From Mobula hypostoma (lineage: Eukaryota), in contig NC_086097.1 of assembly GCF_963921235.1 (NCBI RefSeq), forward strand, positions 59,770,001 to 59,834,000: a stretch of DNA of 64,000 nt, given 5' to 3'. The notes under the pieces are model-generated. The model made no database searches, was not told the DNA's origin, and saw only the letters and a program-made list of their open reading frames with translations. Positions 51,745 to 62,995 of this stretch are shown here, piece after piece (position 1 is the stretch's first letter; each line of letters begins with the position of its first letter). The position numbers and the translations under genes were made by a program.

Positions 51745-52660
51745 TGGTTAACGGTTGGGTTGAGTTGTTCTCCGATCTTTACAATTTGCTTGCAAATGTT
51801 TTGTTACCATACAAGCAGGCATCATCAGTTCACTGTTAATCGTGCTGCGTCCTCCGAATGTTTGGCCTTTATATCCTTATCAATCAGCTGATTGGCAGTC
51901 ATTTTGAACACTCAGTTGTGATGTGGGGAGGAATTTTCATCACTGACTGGTTGTGTGGTGAACTTCGTGGGTTGTGGTCAGGAATTTTGCCCACATTGGC
52001 TCATTAATAGGATCGAGCTCTACATGTTTGTTTACAGAATTGCTTGCAGAAAACCACGCTTCTCGGAATTCTTTTGCATGCCGCATATTTAATTGTGCCA
52101 TGACTTACTCTGATGCCCGGTCAAATTTGTACCCCTCTCGAACGTCATGGGTGGAGACTAGGGAGAATTGGTCATGTGGCTTACAGCCAGTTGATGTTCA
52201 TGGATCCTTACGGATAGTTTTCTCCCAGTTTGGCCAACATAATATTTGCAACAAACAAGATTTGCAGTGACATTTCCTTCTCACATCACAGATATAAACA
52301 ATCAATATAGTCTAATTTCTAGTCCATTGTAATTTGTGCTCTGACGAACGATCAACTAGTTGATAAGTATATAAGGGCCAAGTGGTTAAGGCATTCGTTT
52401 AGTGATCTGAAGGTCGCTAGTTCGAGCCTTGGCTGAGGCAGTATGTTGTGTCCTTGAGCAAGGCACTTAACCACATATTGCTCTGCGACGACACCGGTGT
52501 ATCAATGGTCTCACAAGACAAACGGATGCCTATATATAAAGGGCCAAGCATTCCGAGGACACACCACAATTAACAAGGCACTGATTATGTCTCCTAATAT
52601 GGTGACGAAACATTTGCAAGTCAATTGCCAGGATTGGAGGAGTAAATTGTTGGATAGTCA
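51745..52660. mobile_element. Penelope-like family 2 remnants in inverted arrangement (minus 51745-52260, plus about 52340-52660)
   Basis: Similar to 9872-10300; hammerhead-like cores at 51791-51832 (minus) and 52578-52617 (plus). Confidence 0.75.
52383..52532 (+). mobile_element. Short tRNA-derived SINE with CORE-like motif
   Basis: GGCCAAGTGG A-box, AGTTCGAGCC B-box and GTGTCCTTGAGCAAGGCACTTAACC; flanked by a near-duplicate TATATAA(A)GGGCCAAG. Confidence 0.8.
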
Positions 52661-52759
52661 TGAAAAACTGAATATGGATCATGTCACTATTTTATATGCA
52701 GTGATTTTTTTCGTGCTTTAGCTATAACAGTTATTGATTTGCTAAATACTTCAAGACTA

Positions 52760-54422
52760 GCTATTTTTGGACAATAAACCTCACCAGTTCCCCACCGCCA
52801 CTACCCTCCTCCGGTGGGTGGAACTGGTACTCACACTTAATAACTTCTCTTTTGGCTCTTCCCACTTTCTTCAGACCAAGGGTGTAGCTATGGGCTCTCG
52901 GATGGGCCCCAGCTATGCCTGCCTTTTCGTTGGTTTTGTGGAACAGTCTGTGCTCCAAACCTATACTGGTACTGCTCCCCAACTTTTCCTTCGCTACATT
53001 GACGACTACATTGGTGCTGCTTCCTGCAGCCAAGCTGAGCTCGTCAATTTCATCGACTTTGCTTCCACCCAGCCCTCAAATTCACTTGGTCCATCTTGGA
53101 CACTTCTCTTTCCTTTCTCGATCTCTCGGTCTCCATCCCTGGAGACAGACTGTCCACTGACATCTTCTATAAGCCCACTGACTCTCATAACTACCTCAAC
53201 TATACCTCTTCCCACCCCACCGCATGCAAAAATGCCGTTCCCTATTCTCAGTTCCTCCGTCTCTGCCGCTTCTGCTCCCAGGATGAGGCTTTCCATTCCA
53301 GGACATCTCAAATGTCCTCTTTCTTTAAGGATCGTGGTTTCCCTTCTGCTGTCATCAATGATGCCCTCACCCGCATCTCCTCCATTTCCCGCACTTCGGC
53401 CCTCACCCCATCCTCCTGTCACCACAACAGGGACAAGGTTCCCCTTGTCCTCACCTACCACCCCACCAGCCTCCGGATCCAGCACATTATCCACCGCAAC
53501 TTCCGCCACCTTCAACAGGACCCCACCACTAAGCACATCTTTCCCTCTCTACCCCTCTCTGCTTTTCGCAGGGATCGATCCCTCCATGAATCCCTGGTCC
53601 ACACGTGCCTCCCCACAGATTTCCTACCCGGCACTTTTCCCTGCAAGCGTAAGTGCTACACCTGTCCCTACACCTCCTCTCTCACCACTATTCAGGGCCC
53701 CAAACACTCCTTCCAGGTGAGGTAACACTTCACTTGTGAGCCTGTTGGGATCATCTATTGCATCTGGTGCTCACGGTACGGCCTCCTCTACATTGGAGAG
53801 TTCCCACGCAGATTGGGGGACCACTTTGTTGAGCACCTCCGCTCCGTCTGCCACAACAGACAGGATCCCTTGGTTGTCACCCACTTCAACTCTGCTTCAC
53901 ATTCCCATTCGGATATGTCCATACATGGCCTCCTCTACTGCCACGATGAGGCCAAACTCAGGTTGGAGGAGCAACGCCTCATATACCGTCTGGGTAGTCT
54001 CCAGCCTCCTGGCATGAACATTGTATTCTCCAACTTCCGGTAAATCCCTTCCCCTCTCTTCCCCTCCCTTCCCCTATCCTAGTTTCATTCTGCCCCCTCC
54101 TCCAGCTGCCTATCACCTCCCTCTTGGTTCCCCCTCCTTCTACTACCCATTGTGCTTTCCCCTATTCCTTCTTCACCCTTCCTGCCTATCCCCTCCCTGC
54201 TTCCCGTCCCCCACTCCTTTATCTTTCCCCTTACTGGTTTTTCACCTGGAACCTACCAGCCTTCTCCTTCCAACCCTCCCCTCATCTTCTTTATAGGGCC
54301 CCTGCCCCCTCCCCCCTCCCTCTTCAGTCCTGATGAAGGGTTTTGTCCCAAAACATTGACTGTTCGTTTCCACGGATGCTGCCCGACCTGCTGAGTTCCT
54401 CCAGCGTGTTGTGCATGTTATT
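52760..54422 (+). mobile_element. 5'-truncated Penelope-like element (RT + GIY-YIG), distinct subfamily
   Basis: GVAMGSRMGPSYA, RYIDD, FYKPTDSH and IIYCIWCSRYGLLYIGE; decayed hammerhead at 54325-54362. Confidence 0.95.
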
Positions 54423-55708
54423 TGCAGTTTAAGTTCCATCTGAAGTTCAAAAGAAATTGTACTATGACATAAATTTTGTTAATATTTATTATTTTATGTT
54501 TAAAGGTTTAATAGCTTTTAAAGGGAATATTCTCACTTACTTAAGCACATGGAGACATTGTCATTTGTAGACAATAAGCCTATTATTCCCATTAATAGCA
54601 AATTCATTTGCAGTTATTAACATAATTTGATTAAAAATATTTCCGCAACATCTCAATTCTTGTGAAGGGCAAGTTTGTCACAAAGCTCAACAAGAATTAT
54701 TAATACCACTGAGAATACATTTATTGTTGGTGTATCCATATGCTTACACACAAACTTGCAGTGTTTGTAAACTTGTGTCATTACATGTTAAAGGACATCA
54801 GCTGCTTACAAGAATATATTTGTTCTACTTGATGGCATTTAATAGTGGCACTAGCTCAATTTTCTTGAGCAAAAGATGTTCTAATAAAGTTTTCGGCTTT
54901 ATCTTTGTAGTTCTGCTCTAATTTTTAATCAATTATTATGATACTGTCACGGTTTACATTCAGCAGTGAGAAAATTGTGGGTCAACAATTTTGTTTCAAA
55001 ATGGATCCCAGTTATTGATAGTGCACGCACAAAAGTAGTGAAATGATTTATTCCTTAGGATCATAAAGTACAACGGACTCCAAGTTGGAGTGTATTGATC
55101 ATTTATATCTGCACTCTGTAAAGGTTAATAAGCACAAAGCATATCATAGATCAGGAGTGATGAACTCACACATTATTTCCTGGCAATGAAGGTGACTGTT
55201 GGATTAAACTTCTATAAATACTGAGAGCTCTGAGATAACTAGAGAAGGGTTTAAGATGCCTTAGTAATATTTCAGATAATTGTTAAGTTACTTAAGGTCT
55301 CCAGTAGTTTATTTAGCTGCTGACAAATATTCCTTAATTAGCAACTGTAAATTAATACATGAAAAGTTTTAAAAATCCCTGCAAAACAAGCAAACAATAA
55401 AAATTGGAGGCACTTGGCAGTTTAGTGTTTCAGTCGAAGCAAGCAGCTGAGAAGAAGAGAGTGGAAGAAATCGGGTAGAAAAATTTGTTTTTTTTTTAAA
55501 CACTGCTCGGGGAGAAGGGTCTGCACTGCACAGGCGCGTGACGTAGCGCACCAAGGTTTAAAAGCAGACCTCCATATACAGCGGCCATCATTGTAGCGGC
55601 CATCGTCAGAGTGGGACAACTTTGGCTCAAACAGGCTTCGGTGAGAACAGACAGAGGCCAGGGTAGGTTCCGGTAAGTTTTTTGTTCAGATTGTTTAGTG
55701 CAGTGAGA

Positions 55709-56632
55709 ATGCCAGGCAAGATGTTGGAATGCTCCTCTCGCAGGATGTGGGAAGTCAGGGAGCCCTCTGGTGTCCCTGACAACGACACCTGCAAGAAGTA
55801 CATCCAGCTGCAGCTCCTGACAAACCGCGTTAGGGAACTGGAGCAAGAGCTGGATGACCTGCGGATCATTCGGGAGACTGAGGAGATTATAGATCGTAGC
55901 TACAGGGAGGTAGTTACGCCAAAGGAGCAGAGGACAGGAAATTGGTTCATTGTCAGGCGAGGGAAGAGGAAAGGGCAGGCAGAGCAGGGTTTCCCTGTGG
56001 CCATTCTCCTCAACAACAAGTATACCGCATTGGATATTGTTGGGGGAGATGACTTACCTGGGACAAGCTGCAGTAGCTGGATCTCTGGCACTGAGTCTGG
56101 CTCTGCAGTGCAGAAGGGAAGGTGGAAAAAGAGGAGAGCGGTAGTGATAGGGGACTCGATAGTTAGAGGTGCAGATAGGAGGTTCTGTGGTCCTGACAGA
56201 GAATCCAGGATGGTTTGTTGCCTCCTGGGTGCCAGGGTCAAGGATGTCTCTGATCGATTGCATGACATTCTGAAGTGGGAGGGTGACCAGCCAGATGTCG
56301 TGGTGCACATCGGTACCAATGACATAACAAGGAAGAGTGAAGAGGTCTTGGAGAGTGAGTATGAGAGCTTGGTAGGAAGTTGAAAAGCAGGACCTCGAGG
56401 GTGGTAATCTCAGGATTGCTACCTGTGCTACGTGCCAGTGAGGGTGCTCTGGAGGATGAACAAGTGGCTGAGGAACTGGTGTAGGGGGCAGGGTTTCAGA
56501 TTTCGGGATCATTGGGACCTCTTCTGGGGCAGGTGGGACCTGTGCAAGAGAGACGGGTTACACTTGAACTACAGGGGGACCAATATCCTTTCAGGGAGGT
56601 TTGTTAGTGCTATTGGGGAGGCTTTAAACTAG
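55709..56632 (+). pseudogene. CR1 ORF1 (zinc finger, coiled coil, SGNH esterase-like)
   Basis: GDSIVRG, HIGTND and DGLHLN motifs; one frameshift near 56370. Confidence 0.93.
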
Positions 56633-59534
56633 ATTTGCAGGGGGATGGGAACCAGAGTGCCAGAGCTGACAGTGTGGCTGGGGTGAAAATAAATGATGTT
56701 AAAAGTTCAAGCAAATCCACTAATAGAAAGGTTGTGAGTGGTGGTAAAAATCTTCTGAGGTGTATATATTTCAATGCTAGGAGTATTGCGGGGAAGGCGG
56801 ATGAGTTGAGGGTGTGGATTGACACGTGGAATTATGACGTTATAGCAATTAGTGAAACTTGGCTACAGGAGGGGCAGGACTGGCAGCTTAATATTCCAGG
56901 GTTCCGATGTTTCAGATGTGATCGAGGCAGAGGAATGAAAGGTGGGGGAGTAGCATTGCTTATTAGGGAAAATATTACAGCAGTGCTCAGGCAGGACAGA
57001 TTAGAGGGCTTGTCTACTGAGTCCTTATGGGTGGAGCTGAGAAACAGGAAAGGTATGGCCACATCAGTGGGATTGTATTACAGACCACCCAATAGTCAAT
57101 GAGACTTGGAAGAGCAAATCTGCAGAGAGATAGCAGGCAACTGCAGGAAACATAAAGTTGTGGTGGTAGGGGATTTTAATTTTCCATACATTGATTGGGA
57201 CTCCCATACTGTTAGGGGTCTAGATGGTTTAGAGTTTGTAAAATGTGTTCAGGAAAGTTTTCTAAATCAATATATAGAGGGACCAACTAGAGGGGATGCA
57301 ATATTGGATCTCCTGTTAGGAAACGAGTTAGGACAAGTGACGGAAGTCTATGTAGGGGAGCACTTTGGTTCCAGTGATCATAACACCATTAGTTTCAATT
57401 TGATCATGGACAAGGATAGATCTGGTCCTAGGGTTAAGGTTCTGAACTGGAAGAAGACCAAATTTTAAGAAATAAGAAAGGATCTAAAAAGTGTGGATTG
57501 GGACAGGTTGTTCTCTGGCAAAGATGTGATTGGTAGGTGGGAAGCCTTCAAAGGGGAAATTTTGAGAGTACAGAGTTTGTATGTTCCTGTCAGGATTAAA
57601 GACAAATTGAATAGGAATAAGGAACTTTGGTTCTCAAGGAGTATTGCAACTCTGATAAAGAAGAAGAGGGAGTTATATGAAATGTATAGGAAACAGGGAG
57701 TAAATCAGGTGCTTGAGGAGTATAAGAAGTGCAAGAAAATACTTAAGAAAGTAATCAGGAGGGCTAAAAGAAGACATGAGGTTGACTTGGCAGTCAAAGT
57801 GAAGGATAATCCAAAGAGCTTTTACAGGTATATTAAGAGCAAAAGGATTGTAAGGGATAAAATTGGTCCTCTTGAAGATCAGAGTGGTCGGCTATGTGCG
57901 GAACCAAAGAAAATTGGGGAGATCTTAAATAGGTTTTTTGCATCTGTATTTACTAAGGAAACTGGCATGAAGTCTATGGAATTGAGGGAATCAAGTAGTG
58001 AGATCATGGAAACTGTACAGATTGAAAAGGAGGAGGTGCTTGCTGCCTTGAGGAAAATTAAAGTGGATAAATCCCTGGGACCTGACAGAGTGCTCCCTCG
58101 GACCTTGAAGGAGACCAGTGTTGAAATTGCGGGGCCCTGGCAGAAATATTTAAAATGTCGCTGTCTACGGGTGAGGTGCCGGAGGATTGGAGAGTGGCTC
58201 ATGTTGTTCCGTTGTTTAAAAAAGGATCGAAAAGTAATCCGGGAAATTATAGGCTGGTGAGTTTTACGTCGGTAGTAGGTAAGTTATTGGAGGGAGTACT
58301 AAGAGACAGAATCTACAAGTATTTGGATAGACAGGGACTTATTAAGGAGAGTCAACATGCCTTTGTGTGTGGTAGGTCATGTTTGACCAATCTATTGGAG
58401 TTTTTCGAGGAGATTACCAGGAAAGTGGATGAAGGGAAGTCAGTGGATATTGTCAACATGGATTTCAGTAAAGCCTTTGACAAGGTCCTGCATGGGAGGT
58501 TAGTTAGGAAAATTCAGTCGCTAGGTATACATGGAGAGGTGGTAAATTGGATTAGACATTGGCTTAATGGAAGAAGCCAAAGAGTGGTGGTAGAGAATTG
58601 CTTGTCTGAGTGGAGGCCTTGGCAGTCAAAGTGAAGGATAATCCAAAGTGGTCTAGTGACTAGTGGTGTGCCATAGGGATCAGTGCTGGGTCCTTTGTTA
58701 TTTGTCATCTATATCAATGATCTGGATGATAATGTGGTAAATTGGATCAGCAAATTTGCTGATGATACAAAGATTGGAGGTGTAGTAGACAGTGAGGAAG
58801 GTTTTCAGAGCCTGCAGAGGGACTTGGACCAACTAGAAAAATGGGCTGAAAAATGGCAGATGGATTTTAATACAGACAAGTGTGAGGTATTGCACGTTGG
58901 AAGGACAAATCAAGGTAGAAAATACAGGGTTAATGGTAAGGCACTGAAGAGTGCAGTAGAACAGAGGGATCTGGGAATACAGATACAAAATTCCCTAAAA
59001 GTGGTGTCACAGGTAGATAGGGTTGTAAAGAGAGCTTTTGGTACATTGGCCTTTATTAATCGAAGTATTGAGTATAAGAGCTGGAATGTTATGATGAGGT
59101 TTTATAAGGCATTGGTGAGGCCGAATCTGGAGTATTGTGATCAGTTTTGGTCACCAAATTACAGGAAGGATATAAATAAGGTTGAAAGAGTGCAGAGAAG
59201 GTTTACAAGGATGTTGCTGGGACTTGAGAAACTCAGTTATAGAGAAAGGTTGAATAGGTTAGGACTTTATTCCCTGGAGCGTAGAAGAATGAGGGGAGAT
59301 TTGATTGAGGTATATAAAATAATGATGGGTATAGATAGAATGAATGCAAGCAGGCTTTTTCCACTGAGGCAAGGGGAGAAAAAAACCAGAGGACATGAGT
59401 TAAGGGTGAGGGGGGAAAAGTTTAAAGGGAACATTAGGGGGGGCTTCTTCACACAGAGAGTGGTGGGAGTATGGAATGAGCTGCCAGATGAAGTGGTAAA
59501 TGTGGGTTCTTTTTTAACATTTAAGAATAAATAG
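56623..59534 (+). pseudogene. CR1 ORF2 (APE endonuclease + reverse transcriptase)
   Basis: YFNARS, ETWL, GDFN, SDHN, DFSKAFDKV and FADD; several stops, one frameshift and one insertion. Confidence 0.96.
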
Positions 59535-60600
59535 GACAGATACATGGATGGGAGGTGTATGGAGGGATATGGTCCGTGTGCAGGTCAGTGGGACTAGGCA
59601 GAAAATGGTTCGACACAGCCAAGAAGGGCCAAAAGGCCTGTTTCTGTGCTGTAGTTTCTATGGTTTCTATGGTTTCTATGGTTTAAAGAGGGCTTTGCTG
59701 AATGGTCGTCAACCTGAAATATTATCTGTTTTTTATCATCACAAGTGCTGCCTGGCCTCCTGAGTCTCTCCACCATACTGGATTTATTTCAGTAAACTGT
59801 AAAAGTCTTATTTCTGTGCCACTACCTGGTGATCAGCCAGCTGTGAACATGTGCATCCGCAATGACATACAAATCAACATGTGCCAAATTTCGGGCAGCA
59901 ATATGGCACCAATATCATTACTAAGCTGTGAGTCAACTGGTGTCAAAAGACCCATATGATGTTCACTGAAATCTCACTAGAAAGAGAACTGGCAGGTAGG
60001 TGACTGTTGGATATTTCTGTCTGCACTTTCATTTTTAACTTAATCCTGTTTTCACAGAAGCTAGAGTGAAATCTTAGATCACAGTTAAAGTGATAAATCC
60101 ACAAAACCTACCAGAAAGAAAAAAAACATAAAATGTGCTTAGAATATACGGGCTATTTAGAGATGATTTAATAGATCACTCTGAATTAAAGTTTCATATA
60201 ATATGTAAAATATAATGAGGCATATTCCACTTTAAACATAATAGACTGAACATTGTACGGCAACTAAACATGCCCATTAAAGCTTTATCTTTCTCTCAAT
60301 CACTCACTATGATGTAAAAAGATAGTCAGTTGTAAGTGCTGACAAAGAGCTTTATTAAATAAGGATTTACATTTCCCAAATGTATGCTTGCTCTCATAAA
60401 GGCATACTGAGACTTTATGAACTGGTCAATCCTAAACAACATAGCTATATATACATCTGATGTTGTTAGTCACACAGTAAAATTCTTAGGAGTGCTTTTA
60501 CCTAATATATATTTCCCATACGTGACATTCTTTATTGAAAAAAGGAAAAGCAAAAGTAAAAACAAAATCTAAATAACTGTCCAGTCTTTGTTGGCTATAC

Positions 60601-60942
60601 CTTAATATAGACATCCAAATACTTTGGCTCATCCCAGACAGGCCTGATTGTTTGCAGTTCTCCAAGGGCCAGTTGCTGAGCTGTGATATTCTCACTCTGT
60701 AGGAATAGTGGGGAATCCTCCAATAGCTCAATATCAGCCTTAGTCAAGTAAGCTGTTTTGGTGATGCCATCCATTCGCCTGATTTGAGGCACCCTCCACT
60801 CACGGGACCTTTCTATGATCAGAGCTGTGCTATATGTAGACTCGCCATCAGCTTCTGCCTCGTCTGGTGTTTGTGTGAGGTTGAGGGGATTATCTTTTAT
60901 AACTTCAAAATATTAAACTGATTCAAAAGAAGACACAGGGGT
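60601..60942 (-). pseudogene. Candidate host exon (114 codons, one in-frame TAA near the 5' end)
   Basis: Protein-like frame ...WRVPQIRRMDGITKTAYLTKADIELLEDSPLFL...WDEPKYLDVYIK ending at AAG|GTATAG. Protein not recognised. Confidence 0.4.
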
Positions 60943-60949
60943 CTGAAAT

Positions 60950-61083
60950 GTGGCTCTAACTTCATGTTTACTTGAAGTGAGGTGTATATATATCCCATGA
61001 TAGTGTGATGATGTATGCAATTCATGTATTTATACATATAACCCATAATGAGTTATTTAAATAAACAAGAATGCTTAATCAAC

Positions 61084-61114
<31 letters not shown>

Positions 61115-61345
61115 AGATTACTCAAATATTAAACACACAGCACTCCTCCCTGCATTGCTATAAACTTCAACACAGTTCTTATTCTAGTGGGATAACATCT
61201 TTCCTGACAAGGGAGATCACTCTGCTTGACTGGTAAGACTTGTGACTATGAAAACAATCTCAGGCTCTGGGTCCTTCTCTGTGGTGCTTGTAGGAGCTGA
61301 CTCTGAGAGTGCAGGAAGTCGTTCTGATGGTGGTAACCATCTTTC
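60950..61345 (-). mobile_element. Gypsy 3' end/LTR fragment, same family as 29600-33505
   Basis: Shares TACATATAACCCATAAT...TACTCAAATATTAAA and the adjacent internal sequence with 29680-30170. Confidence 0.75.
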
Positions 61346-62995
61346 TTCTTCTTTCTATTTCTTTGTCTAGTTTTTGCATCTCGATCTTGGGAAGCTGCAT
61401 TTAGTTTACTGGAGTATTCTCTTATTAATTTTTTTTAAAACTTCTTTGAGTACAAGAAGGAGAAGACTGCGTAGGCGTATGATGCAGACAGGACAGCGCA
61501 GAGAGTTTAAAAAGAAGACCACCCTATACAGCGGGCAGCGGAGTGAGTGGCAGCAGAGTGTAGGGCTTTGGCTCAACAGGCTTAGGCGGTAACGGGAAGA
61601 GGTGTAAGCGAAGCACCAACTCTTTTTTTCTCCTTCGCGAGTTGGTCCGGACAGACAGGAACAGTAGGGCTCACACAGCTAACGGTATGAGCGAACGGTT
61701 TAAAAAGTTCGTGTTTGGCAAGGTAAGTGGGTGAGTGGACTTATTTTTCATTGTTTCATTCCTACGGAATTAGGTGACATGTCGGCAGGATTAGTGCTTT
61801 GTTCAGGATGTCAGATGTGGGAATCCTGGGAGACCTCCAGCCTCCCTGATGGCCACATCTGTGCCAGGTGCACTGAGATGCAGCTCCTCAGAGACTGTTT
61901 TAGGGATCTGGAGCTGCAGCTTAATAACCTACAGCTTATTAGGAAAAGTGAAGAGGTGATAGACAGGAGCTACAGGGAGGTAGTCATCCCTAGGCTACAG
62001 GGGTCAGAAAACTGGGTGACTGTCAGGAGAGGGAAGGAAAATGCCCGAATAGTGGAGAGCACACCTGTGGCTGTCCCCCTCATCAACAAATATCTTGTTC
62101 TGGATGCTGTTGAGGGTGATGACCTGACAGGGGACGGCCACGGTGACCGGGTCTCTGGCACTGAGCCTGGCGCTATGGTGCAGGAGGGAAGGAGGGAGAA
62201 GAGGAATGCGGTAGTCATAGGGGATTCCATAGTCAGGGGAACGGACAGGAGATTCTGTGAGCCTGATAGAGATATCCGCATGGTGTGTTGCCTCACAGGA
62301 ACCAGGGCACGGGATGTTTTGGATCGGGTCCAGAATATTCTGAAGGGAGAGGGCAAACAGCCAGCTGTCTTGGTATATGTTGGTACCAATGACATAGATA
62401 GGAAAAGGGAGGGGGTCCTGAAGAGAGATTTCCGGGAGTTAGGAAGGAAGCTGAGAAGCAGGACCTCCAGGGTAGTAACCTCGTGATTGCTACCTGTGCC
62501 ACGTGCTAGCAAGGGCAAGAATAGAAGGATTAGGCAGATGAATGCGTGGCTGAGAGACTGGTGCAGGGGGCAGGCCTTCAGATTCTTGGATCACTGAGAT
62601 CTCTTCTGGGGGAAGTATGACCCGTTCAAAAAGGACAGGTTACACCTGAACCCGACGGGGACCAATATCCTGGCGAGAAGGTTTAATAAAGCTGTTAGGG
62701 AGGGTTTAAACTAATTTGGCAGGGGAATGGGAACCGGAATTATAGAGCAGAGGAGGGGAAAACAGAAATAATTCTAAGATAGTGAGCAGTAAAGATGTCA
62801 GGAAGGATAGGCAGATGATGGGGCAAATTTGCAGCCATTGGGATGAATTGCAGTGCAATAAAGTTGCAGTGCAATCAATGCAAAAAGTACCAAATACTGG
62901 ACTTAAGGTGTTATACTTAAATGCACCCAGCATAAGGAATAACGTGGATAATATTTGTTGTACAGTTACAAATTGGTAGGTATGATATTGTGGCC

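Larger units (their letters stand above)
55430..59683 (+). mobile_element. Near full-length CR1 LINE
   Basis: 5' UTR, ORF1, ORF2 and a (GTTTCTATG)n tail. The 5' boundary is approximate. Confidence 0.96.

Noticed and set aside
56625..56640. Splice acceptor at the start of CR1 ORF2
   Set aside because: Lacks a pyrimidine tract and the branch-like motif is too close to the AG; the frameshift model fits better.
59653..59683. Regular 9-bp repeats, considered as a CRISPR- or telomere-like array
   Set aside because: No spacers; it is the ordinary microsatellite tail of CR1. No CRISPR array or prokaryotic system is seen anywhere in the window.
59826..59976. Minus-strand block bounded by AG and GT
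   Set aside because: No frame is open across it and no homology is recognised; worth revisiting only if 60601-60942 proves to be an exon.
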